Of a stretch of 64,000 nucleotides of DNA, positions 1 through 10,850 are shown one piece after another. This stretch comes from Octopus vulgaris (Eukaryota), in NCBI GenBank assembly GCA_951406725.2, contig OX597842.1:13020001-13084000 (forward strand), given 5' to 3'. How positions within the stretch are numbered: the first letter of the stretch is position 1; the number at the start of each line of letters is the position of its first letter. The notes beneath the pieces were generated by a model. That model was not told the DNA's origin, made no database searches, and saw nothing but the letters and a program-made list of their open reading frames with translations. A program made the position numbers and the translations under genes.

Positions 1-222
1 TGGGGTGGATGCAGATGTCTTTAAAATGAAACTGGATCTCTTCCTGTCAGGTGTCCCAGATGAACCAACTTCACGGCAGGAGGTGCAGATGAGGGCAGCT
101 GCATCGAACTCTCTCATGCACCAAATGGCAGTTGCTAAAAAGCTTTCGTGAAGTAAAACCAAGTAGCAACACCAAATGGCGGTGCCCCAGCATGGCCACA
201 GCTCATGAGCTGAAACTAGAAT
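1..222 (+). mobile_element. 3' end of a CR1/L2-group LINE (ORF2 C-terminus plus 3' tail)
   Basis: Translates [22 protein letters not shown]..., near-identical to 50440-50660. Ends GGCGGTGCCCCAGCATGGCCACAGCTCATGAGCTGAAACTAGA. Confidence 0.8.
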
Positions 223-262
223 CAATCATAAGTTACGATATAACAATATTTAAGAATATTTT

Positions 263-425
263 AGGCGCAGGAGTGGATGTGTGGTAAGTAGATTGCTTAC
301 CTACTCCATGGTTCCAGGTTCAGTCCGACTGCGTGGCACCTTGGGCAAATGTCTTCTACTACAGCCTCGGGCCGACCATAGCTTTATGAGTGGATTTGGT
401 AGACGGAAACTGAAAGAAGCCTGTC

Positions 426-473
<48 letters not shown>

Positions 474-616
474 GAGTGATCTCAAGATTAATCAGCCGAA
501 ATTGCGAGGATGATCCGGTTCTTGACTGAAGATTGAAGGCTTCGAATGTCCCGTCCGTGTTTTTTGTATCGTCTTCTAAATGTTTTGAGTTCTTGTCCCA
601 GTTTGTATTTTTTTAC

Positions 617-682
<66 letters not shown>

Positions 683-722
683 ACATGTATATATATATGC
701 ATATACATATACATATATATAC

Positions 723-786
<64 letters not shown>

Positions 787-1110
787 TAGTATATGTTGTA
801 TATCGGGCCGACCAATGCCTTGTGAGTGGATTTGGTAGACGGAAACTGAAAGAAGCCCGTCGTATATATATATGTATGTATATATGTTTGTGTGTCTGTA
901 TTTGTCCCCCCAACATCGCTTGACAACCGATGCTTGTATGTTTACGTCCCCGTTACTTAGCGGTTCGGCAAAAGAGACCGATAGAATAAGGACTAGGCTT
1001 ACAAAGAATAAGTCCTGGGGTCGATTTGCTCGACTAAAGGCGGTGCTCCAGCATGGCCGCAGTCAAATGACTGAAAAAAGTAGAATAGTGAAAAGAGAGT
1101 AAAAGAGTAC
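263..1110 (+). mobile_element. tRNA-derived SINE family A, with internal (TA)n and a Penelope-like terminal fragment inserted at 471-615
   Basis: A-box TGGATGTGTGG, B-box GGTTCAGTCC, CCTTGGGCAA motif, and a tail ending in short AAAGAG-type repeats. More than 20 related copies in the window. Confidence 0.85.
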
Positions 1111-1339
1111 ACCATTTAACAGATAATTAGTCAGGCTTAATTATTACAATAATAATTAACACTGTTATTGCCAACTTAATCAGTGAAACTTCATCACAGC
1201 GGAAAAACTAGAAAGGAAGAGAATGGAAACGGAAAAAGAGAGAGAAAATCGATAAACAAATCGATGCCACATGTTATGTCTCTGGAACTTTCCGACCGAC
1301 TAAAAGGTTGAGTCAAGCAATTAGCATAGGTGTATGATT

Positions 1340-1632
1340 TAGTTTGTTTGTTCCTTCTCGAGCCATGCCTGGCTCATAAGGGCCGGTTTCCCGGTTTCCG
1401 TGGCGTATAGGTTCCCCACTTTGACGGGACCCCGGTCCGTCGCAGGTGAGCTTCAAGATGCAGGAGGAAAAAGTGAGAGAAATTTGTGGCGAAAGAGTCA
1501 GCAGAAGTTTCGCCATTACCTTCTGCCGGAGCCGCGTGGAGTTTAGGTGTTTCGCTCACAAACACACATATCATCCGGTCTAAGATTCGAACCCGCGATC
1601 CCTCGACCGCGAGTCCGCTGCTCAAACCACTT
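1340..1632 (-). mobile_element. SINE C variant with a V-domain-like 3' module
   Basis: Shares the tRNA head and body with the adjacent SINE C, then continues CCTGCGACGGACCGGGGTCCCGTC...GAAACCGG...ATGAGCCAGGCATGGCTCG plus a (CAAA)n tail. Confidence 0.7.
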
Positions 1633-2014
1633 GGAAGCACTCCGTCGGTTACGACGACGAGGGTTCCCGTTCATCCGATCAACGGAACAGCCTGCTCGTG
1701 AAATTAACGTGTATGTGGCTGATCACTCCACAGACACGTGTACCCTTAACGTAGTTCTCGGGGATATTAAGCGTGACACAGAGAGTGACAAGGCCGGTCC
1801 TTTGAAATACAGGTACAACAGAAACAGGAAGTAAGAGTGAGAGAAAGTTGTGGCGAAAGAGTCAGCAGAAGTTTCGCCATTACCTTCTGCCTGAGCCGCG
1901 TGGAGCTCAGGTGTTTCGCTCATAAAAACATACACATCGCCCGGTCTGAGATTCGAACTTGCGATCCCTCGACCGCGAGTCCGCTGCACTAACCACTAGG
2001 CCATATGCCTCCAC
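1633..2014 (-). mobile_element. tRNA(Arg)-like SINE family C
   Basis: Head TGGCCTAGTGGTTAG...GGACTCGCGGTC...AGTTCGAATCT. Body matches 18771-19144 and 56300-56685. Confidence 0.85.
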
Positions 2015-2056
2015 ACCAACACCGGTTGTCAAGCAGTGATTGGAGACAAACACACA

Positions 2057-2150
<94 letters not shown>

Positions 2151-2324
2151 CTTTTCTCGCTGGATTAAGTGTTCATTTTCTCTTTTTGTCTTCTGCAAAT
2201 TTATTTTTGGAACTTCTGAATATATGAAGAATTTCCTTCCGCCTGGCTGCTTTTCTCTCTACAGAACGGAAAATTACGTCATGGAATAGTCATTTTAACG
2301 AGATTATTTATCACCCGAGATACA

Positions 2325-5300
2325 TCTGTTTCTTTACTACCCACAGGGGGACAAACAAGGACAGACAAACGGATTAAGTCAATTACATCGACCCACGTGC
2401 GTAACTGGTACTTAATTTATCGACCCCGAAAAGATGAAAGTCAAAGTCGACCTCGGCGGAATTTGAACTCAGAAGGAAAAGACAGATGAAATACCTATTT
2501 CTTTATTACCCACAAGGGGCTAAACACAGAGGGGAAGAACAAGGACAGACAAACAGTTTAAGTCGATTACATCGACCCCAGTGCGTAACTAGTACTTAAT
2601 TTATCGGCCCCAAAAAGATGAAAGGAAAAGTCGACCTCGGCGGAATTTGAACTCAGAACGTAAAGACAAACGAAAAACCTGTTTCTTTACTACACACAAG
2701 GAGCTAAATACTGAGGGGACAAACAAGGACAAACAGATTCAGTCGATTACATTGACCCCAGTTTGTAACTGGTACTTAATTTATCGACCCTGAAAAGATG
2801 AAAGGCAAGTCGACCTCGGCGGAATTTGAACTCAGAACGTAAAGACAGATGAAATACCTATTTCTTTACTACCCACAACGGGCTAAACACAGAGGGGACA
2901 AACAAGAACAGACAAATAGATTAAGTCGATTACATTGACCCCAGTTTGTAACTGGTACTTAATTTATCGACCCTGAAAAGATGAAAGGCAAGTCGACCTC
3001 GGCGGAATTTGAACTCAGAACGTAAAGACAGATGAAATACCTATTTCTTTACTACCCACAAGGGTCTAAACACCGATGGGACAAACAAGAACAGACAAAT
3101 AGATTAAGTCGATTACATTGACCCCAGTGTGTAACTGGTACTTAATTTATCGACCCCGAAAGAATGAATGGCAAAGTCTACATCGGAGGAATTTGAACTC
3201 AGAACAAAAAGACAGACGAAATAACTGTGTATTTACTACCCACAAGGAGCTAAACACAGAGGGAACAAACTTGACCTTGTGGCGAGCTGGCATAACCGTT
3301 AGCACGCCGAGCAAAATGCGTAGCCGTATTTCGTCTGCTGCTACGTTCTGAGTTCAAATTCAACCGCTGTCTACTTTGCCTTTCATCCTTTCTGGATCGA
3401 TACATAATGTACCAGTTATGCACTGGGGTCGATTTAATCGACTTAATCCGTTTGTCTGTCCTAGATTGTCTTCTCCGTGTTTAGCCCTTCGTGGGTAGTA
3501 AAGAAATATGTACTTAATTTATCGACCCCGTAAGGATGAAAGGCAAAGTCGACCTCAAAGTAGTTTGAACTCTGAACGTAAAGACAGACGAAATGCCTGT
3601 TCCTTTACAACCCACAAGGGGCTAAACACAGAGGGGAAAAACAACAACAGACAAATAGATTAAGCCGATAACATCGACCCCAGTGCGTAACTGGTACTTG
3701 ATTCATCGGCCCCGAAAGGATGAATGGCAAAGTCGACCTCGGCGGAATTTGAACTCAGAAAGTAAAGACAAACGAAATACCTATTTCTTTACTACCCACA
3801 AGGGGATAAACACAGAGGGGACAAACAAGGACAGACAAACAGATTAAGCCGATTACATCGACCCCAGTGCGTAACTGGTACTTGATTTATCGGCCCCTAA
3901 AAGATGAAAGGAAAAGTCGACCTCGGAGGAATTTGAACTCAGAACGTAAAGACAGACGAAAAACCTGTTTCTTTACTACCCACAAGGGGCTAAACACAGA
4001 GGGGACAAACAAGGACAGACAAACAGATTAAGCCGATTACATCGACCCCAGTGCGTAACTGGTACTTAATTTATCGGCCCCGAAAAGATGAAAGGAAAAG
4101 TCGATCTCGGAGGAATTTGAACTCAGAACGTAACGGCAGACGAAATACCTGTTTCTTTACTACCCACAAGGGGCTAAATACAGAGGGGACAAACAAGGAC
4201 AGACAAACAGATTAAGCCGATTTCATCGACCCCAGTGCGTAACTGGTACTTAATTTATCGGCCCCGAAAAGATGAAAGGCAAAGTCGACCTCGGCGGAAT
4301 TTGAACTCAGAACGTAAAGACAGACGAAATACCTATTTCTTTACTACCCACAAGGGGCTAAATACTGAGGGGACAAACAAGGACAAACAGATTCAGTCGA
4401 TTACATTGACTCCAGTGCGTAACTGGTACTTAATTTATCGACTCCGAAAGAATGAAAGGCAAAGTCGACCTCGAAGTAATTTGAACTCAGAACGTAAAGA
4501 CAGATGAAATACGCATTTCTTTACTATCCACAAGGGGCTAAACACAGAGGGGACAAACAAGGACAGACAAACAGATTCTGTCGATTACATGGACTCCAGT
4601 GCGCAACTGGTACTATAGTTATCGGCCCCGAAAGGATGAAAGTCAAATCAACCTCGGAGGAATTTGAACTTAGAACGTAAAGGCAGACGAAATACCTGTT
4701 TCTTTACTACCCACAAGGGGCTAAACACAGAGGGAACAATCTTGAACTGGCAGAACCGTTAGCACGCCGGGCGAAATGCGTTGCCGTATTTCGTCTGCCT
4801 TTACGTTCTGAGTTCAAATTCCGCCGAGGTCGACTTTGCCTTTCATCCTTTCGGGGTCGATAAATTAAGTACCATTTACGCACTGGGGTCGATTGAATCG
4901 GCTTAATCTGTTTGTCTGTCCTTGTTTGTCTTCTCTATGTTTAGCCGCTCCTGGGTAGTAAAGAAATAGGTACTTAATTTATCGGCCCCTAAAGGATGAA
5001 AGGCAAAGTCGACCTCGGAGGAATTTGAACTCAGAACGTAAAGACAGACGAAATACCATTCTTTACTTCCCACAAGGGGCTAAACACTGAGGGGACAAAT
5101 AAGGACAGACAAACGGATTATGTCGATTATATCGACTCCAGTGCGTGACTGTTACTTAATTTATCGACTCCGAAAAGATGAAAGGAAAAGTCGATTTCAA
5201 CGGAATTTTAACTCAGAACATAAAGACAGACGAAATACCTTTCTTTACTACTCACGAGGGGCTAAACATAGAGGGGACAAACAAGGACAGACAAACAGAT

Positions 5301-6066
5301 CAAGTTGATTACCTCGACCCCAGTGCGTAACTGGTACTTAATTTATCGGCCCCGAAAAGATGAAAGTCAAAGTCGACCTCGGCAGAATTTGAACTCAGAA
5401 CGTAAAGACAGATGAAATACGTATTTCTTTACTATCCACAAGGGACTAAACACAGAGGGGACAAACAAGGACAGACAAACAGATTAAGTCGATTATATCG
5501 ACCCCAGTGCGTAACTGCTACTTAATTTATCGTCCCCGAAAAGATGAACGGAAAGTAAACCTCGGCGGAATTTGAACTCAGAACGTAGCGACAGACGAAA
5601 TACCTATTTCTTTACTACCCACAAAGGGCTAAACACATAGGGGACTAACAAGAACAGACAAACGGATTAAGTCGATTACATCGACACCAGTGCGTAACTG
5701 GTACTTAATTTATAGACCCCGAAAGCATGAAAGGCAAAGTCGACCTCGGAGGAATTTGAACTCAGAACGTAAAGACAGATGAAATACCTATTTCTTCACT
5801 ACCCACAAGGGGCTAAACACAGAGGGGACAAACAAGGACAGACAAACAGATTAAGTTGATTACATCGACTCCAGTGCGTAACTGGTACTTAATTTATGGG
5901 CCCCGAAAAGATGAAAGGCAAAGTCGACCTCGGCGGTATTTGAACTCAGAACTTAAAGACAGACGGAATACCTATTTCCTAACTACCCACAAGGGGCTAA
6001 ACACAGAGGGGACAAACAAGGACAGACAAACGGATTATGTCGATTATATCGACCCCAGTGCGTAAC
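2325..6066 (-). repeat. Tandem array (~187-bp unit, ~18 units) of SINE B bodies with two inverted SINE B copies (3277-3508, 4745-4968)
   Basis: Repeated unit TTTCTTTACTACCCACAAGGGGCTAAACACAGAG...GGAATTTGAACTCAGAACGTAAAGACAGACGAAATACC. Confidence 0.92.
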
Positions 6067-6067
6067 T

Positions 6068-6603
6068 GAGAGCAGTTCATGCCATCAAAGTGACACTGGG
6101 GTAAAATATACGAAGCCCAGTATACCCATCATGACTACCCGTCTGATAAGGGTACACCACGCATATGCATCACAACCATATGTGCTCGACATGGTGATCT
6201 CATATCAAAATAAACAGCACATGACCTTGCTGGTTGGGCCCAGTTAGAAATTTCTTCAGGTTGAGTAGCCCATCCCGTTCAAAAGGTCCCTGAATAAGGC
6301 TTGTTTAAGGATGTTGAAAGAACCACCCATGTTTCCAGAGGTGAATTATTCAAACCCCAAAGAATCCCTCTCAACACATGGTTATGATGCTCACCCACTA
6401 CTTTTGCTCGTGGAGATGCACATATCGTCAGCCACTGAGGGACATGCTCAACTGGTTAAGATCTAGCAACTGACAAGCAAATCTGTGGTATTGAGCAGAA
6501 TATTTGTTGTAGCCCATCTTTTATACCAAGACAAAACAATGTACATGATGACACTTCCAATCAGTTAAGATCAGAAGCCATGAGAGCCACTGCCTGGTAC
6601 TGC
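6068..6603 (-). mobile_element. Non-coding ~545-bp interspersed repeat (family D), abutting (TTA)n
   Basis: Near-identical to 15485-16029 and 16226-16730. Confidence 0.8.
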
Positions 6604-6672
<69 letters not shown>

Positions 6673-6673
<1 letters not shown>

Positions 6674-7235
6674 TAAAAAGTTTGATTCGATCCCAAAAAG
6701 TTTCGTAGCTTCGTTACAGGAATCTGGCTTGTTGAAGATTGGCGCACCAGAACCAGAATGTATCCAGAATCTTGGTGGAACACCCCAATAGAATCAGAAA
6801 GCCGGATTAAACACAACGGACCCGATATTGTTCTAAGGGACGGAAAATAAGTCAAGCACTTTTGAAGAGATCGTCTGCCCAGTCCTATGTCAATATCTCA
6901 TCGTATTAAAACGGCGAGCTGGCAGAAACGTTAGCACGCCGGGCGAGATGCCTAGCGGTATTTCGTCTTTACGATCTGAGTTCAAATTCTGCCGAGGTCG
7001 ACTTTGCCTTTCATTCTTTCTAGGTCGATAAATTCAGTACGAGCTGCGTACTAGGGTCGATCTCAACGACTGGTCCCCTCCCCAAAAATTGTGCCTCAAG
7101 TAGAAAAGAATATCTCATCATATATTAAAGAAAAAGAGGGATCTATGGAGAACTGTTTGAAAAAATACAGTTATGATATACAGGCTATGGGTTTTCATTT
7201 CTACCTACTGACAGAGATGCACTGGGCTAAGTAAA
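6673..7235 (+). pseudogene. Degenerate restriction-like endonuclease (R4-type) retrotransposon fragment interrupted by a SINE B (6911-7110)
   Basis: WWNTPIESESRIKHNGPDIVL (HNRPDIV-like) ... KEKEGIYGEL ... ALG, with stops. The SINE is flanked by duplicated AATATCTCATC. Confidence 0.6.
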
Positions 7236-7414
7236 AACAGATCGACATAAAAACTACAAATGCTGGGGTAATTCAGGTACCCTGAGTCCCTTCTGTTGCA
7301 ATCGTTCCAATTATTTAACACGGTTCAATTATTTAATAAAAGAGTAAAAAACACAAGAAGTACCGAAGAGGAAAGTGGCGATGAGAAGTCGGGTGGAATG
7401 AAAGAGTAACTTAC

Positions 7415-7608
7415 GGTGGTCTTAAATGAAGATTTTCTGCCTGTGCCGTTGAGTTTCCAGAATCAAGCGTTTCGTTAGAAACCGACAATTCTTCACTCAG
7501 TGTGGGACTTACATTCACTGGCCCATCAGTCGTCTGATGTCCTTCTGTCAGCCAAAGACCAACACCGAAAACAAATAAGAACAGAACCAGGTACTTCATG
7601 GCTGTCAT
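7415..7608 (-). CDS. Probable first coding exon of a secreted or membrane protein (signal peptide plus Ser/Thr-rich N-glycosylated stretch)
   Basis: MTAMKYLVLFLFVFGVGLWLTEG-HQTT...NETL...NSTA...LRP. The ORF 'stop' lies inside a canonical GTAAGT donor (ACTTAC at 7409-7414, phase 2). Single-copy context. Confidence 0.7.
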
Positions 7609-8254
7609 TTTCTGTTTTTTAGTGCTCTCCCTGTTTACTGACACACGAAAAACTTGTATAATCAGAAGGAATAGATTCGACTAAATAAAGAACAGAGGAT
7701 AAATGTCTAAACTTTTTGGTGGTGTTGCCTTGTCTTTTGATGGTTCTTGAAGCACAAAAATCTTTTTAACAACAGCAGCGAAATAGGGCGCAGAAGAATC
7801 CCGTTGCGAAATCGATCTGGCTCTGTCACACCTCCACCAAGACACTCATATTTATAACAAACCGCCAGCAAAGAGGTGTTTGCGTATCAAATCTGAGAGG
7901 TGGGAAGTAAAACATCAAAGGACCATTGACATCAAACGGATCCATTGTCAGATGAAAGACCACAGGTGAGAACAGGATGCAAATCAACTGCTCAAACAAG
8001 ATTGTCAACGACTACCATCACAGGTTTATGCATGTGACCATCACACACACGAACACACACACACACACACACACATACTGCACCACCGCCACCATCACCA
8101 AACACACATATATAAATGCATACAAATAAATGTGTTTGTACATGCATCCCTGAGAGAGCTTGTGTGTGTGTGTGTGTGAATTAATATGTTGTGCGTGTGT
8201 GTGTGAGCATATATATATATGCTCATATATATATATATACATATATATGTACAT

Positions 8255-8930
8255 GTATTTCCTGAGTCAAAATCAGTGCGTGACCTGATCATTGACATGA
8301 GCAATGATGCCTCTTTCCAAGTGCATATTACTAAGTTGGTGATAAAATGCAGACGGCTAGCTGGATGGATTCTCTGAACTTTCAGAACTAGAGAGGAGAC
8401 ACTGATGGTCCTTTGGAAATCTTTCGTCCTCAGCCGCTTGGACTACTACTCCCAACTATGGTCACCATACAATATAAAGCTAACAGCAGAACTCGAAGCA
8501 ATTCAGAGAAGCTACACAAAGAAGATCGTCTAAATGCAACATATCAGCTACTGAGAAAGACTGAAAATATTAAAACTCTTCTCCCTAGAGCGAAGGCGGG
8601 AGAGATACGCAGTGATATACATCTGGAAAATCCTGGAGAGACTTGTCCCAAACTTTGGCGTTCAAAGTTACCCCAACCGCAGAGCTTGGGTTTCAGAGGA
8701 CCGCAGCTCTTCAACATTCTCCCTTGATGCCTGAGAGACTTACATGGTGTGGATGTGGGTTTCTTTAAAACTAAACTGGATCTCTTCTTGTCGGGAGCCC
8801 CAGATGAACCTACCTCACGACAGGAGACGCAGATGTGGGCAGCGGCATCGAACTCCCTTGTCGACCAAGTGCCTCGTATCAGAGGTGGATTCACATACTA
8901 GCGTAGATCGTTCAACGGTGGTGCCAGACC
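8255..8930 (+). pseudogene. Degenerate CR1/L2-group LINE ORF2 3' region
   Basis: [45 protein letters not shown], with frameshifts and stops. Homologous to 1-222 and 50320-50660. Confidence 0.75.
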
Positions 8931-9651
8931 TTTAGCTGTTATTTTTAGCATAATGTGTTTTCTGGTGACGGCTTCATTTACCTTCATTGTCCGTTTGTTG
9001 CTTTAGTAGAAATCTACGGATGCACAAAACGTAGAAAATAACTATTTGATAACTATTCCCCCTTAGTGGGGAATAGTTATAAAAAAATAGCCCCAATTGT
9101 TTTCCCAAAAACATCTTATGTCCTCGGAATCTACATAGCTGGAGGTATATTTGTAGAGGATTTCATTAAATATATATCCATTTCTATGAAAGTTGAGACG
9201 AATTGAAGTGGATTCCGGTAAATTTTCCGAAATTCCGCAGCCCACCCCCTCCTAAAACACTCCCCCCACCAAATTTTGCACATAATCCATATCCGTAGAA
9301 AATTTCATTAAAAATATCCATTTTTCTGAAAGTTATGATCAACCAAATTTGGCGGGGGTAGGCAGAAATCTGTGCTTATATTATTATATGTAATATTTAA
9401 ATGTTAATTATACAAATCTATATATCCATATGTAATAATTATCCCGCAAAAACATATACACTCACTTATATTCGTATATATAAAAAATATATATGCGCAT
9501 ACGTACAGACACTTACACACACACGTATATAAATACTTACACATACACATAAATACACAGATGCACAGATACATACCTACAGAAATATCGAACATAGAAA
9601 AAAAACGAAGTGGAAAAATTATACATTTAAAATAAGTTACTTTAGCTATTT

Positions 9652-10035
9652 TAAACAGGTTTTATAAATAGTTATGTATATACACCCATCCAAGGACAAA
9701 TTCAAAAAGTTTTACGTATGAATAAATTGAATTTATGCAAAACAGGTTTTATAAATAGTTATGTATATACACCCATCCAAGGACAAATTCAAAACGTTTT
9801 ACGTATGAATGAATTGAATTTATGCAAAACAGGTTTTATAAATAGTTATGTATATACACCCATCCAAGGACAAATTCAAAAAGTTTTACGTATGAATGAA
9901 TTGAATTTATGCAAAACAGGTTTTATAAATAGTTATGTATATACACCCATCCAAGGACAAATTCAAAAAGTTTTACATTTGAATAAATTGAATTAATGCA
10001 AAACAGGTTTTATAAATAGTTATGCATACACGCAC
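9652..10035. repeat. 87-bp minisatellite, ~4.4 copies
   Basis: AAACAGGTTTTATAAATAGTTATGTATATACACCCATCCAAGG... recurs every 87 bp (e.g. 9741, 9828). Confidence 0.95.
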
Positions 10036-10049
10036 CCAAAATCCTAGTT

Positions 10050-10420
10050 GTAACCTACAGATTTGTCCTGGTTCTTCGGTACATACCTGATATTCCCTCA
10101 GTATAGTGACTGCGGGGTTGTCCGCTTATGCAGACACAGCTCTCCCGTGGCCTAGCCCCAACATGATGCCCCTGAAATTATCCAGCATTCGCAACAAAGA
10201 ATTCAAATGTCAAACTATATAAAGCAGCGAGAAGGGGCAACCTGGTGCAACCGAATGTTCAATATTGAAAGGTTCCAATAGGGGGCCCTTTTAATTTAAC
10301 GACAGAGCAAACGCCACTATACATTGTGGTGTTACAGCGTATAAAGGCGGGGGGCCGAAACCGACAGCTATTTAGGTCAGTCGCCAGATCGCTACATGGA
10401 ATCGATCGCGTTGTCCCTTC
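10050..10420 (-). pseudogene. Degenerate Tx1/L1-clade reverse transcriptase fragment
   Basis: MYSGVCSVVKLKGPLLEPFNIEHSVAPGCPFSLLY resembles VRQGCPLSPLLY. VSA*ADN resembles AYADD. Confidence 0.6.
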
Positions 10421-10850
10421 TTGTGAAATTCTTCTTCATGTCTTTTTTGTACTTCTTCCTTTGTTTTTCCTTTTCTCTCTGTTCTCAATACTCCTTCGTT
10501 CCTGATTGTCACTAACAAGGTTTCCTAACTATGGGCAACGTATCTCATTAAGCTCTCGAGTTCGATACCCACGCAGTCTTCCACACTTCTCAGTCCCCTT
10601 CCTCCATTTGCTCTCTTCGTGCATAGGAAATTAGTGCCTACACTTGGATTCTATTATTATTATTATTATTATTACTTTTTTTTCTTCTTTCAAATTTTCT
10701 TCCATTTCTTGCCGAGTGTCTTCCCGACTCCTAGGGCAAAGAAACTCATAGTGTATATTGGTAGGCCATTAAACCAAACTCACTAGTTCGTTTCATTTTT
10801 TTAATTTTTTTTTTTTAAGTTAAATTAAAATACATGAGCAGCAACAGTTC

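Noticed and set aside
9718-9996. Repetitive 92-aa ORF
   Set aside because: Arises from the 87-bp (29-codon) minisatellite; no splice or domain support.
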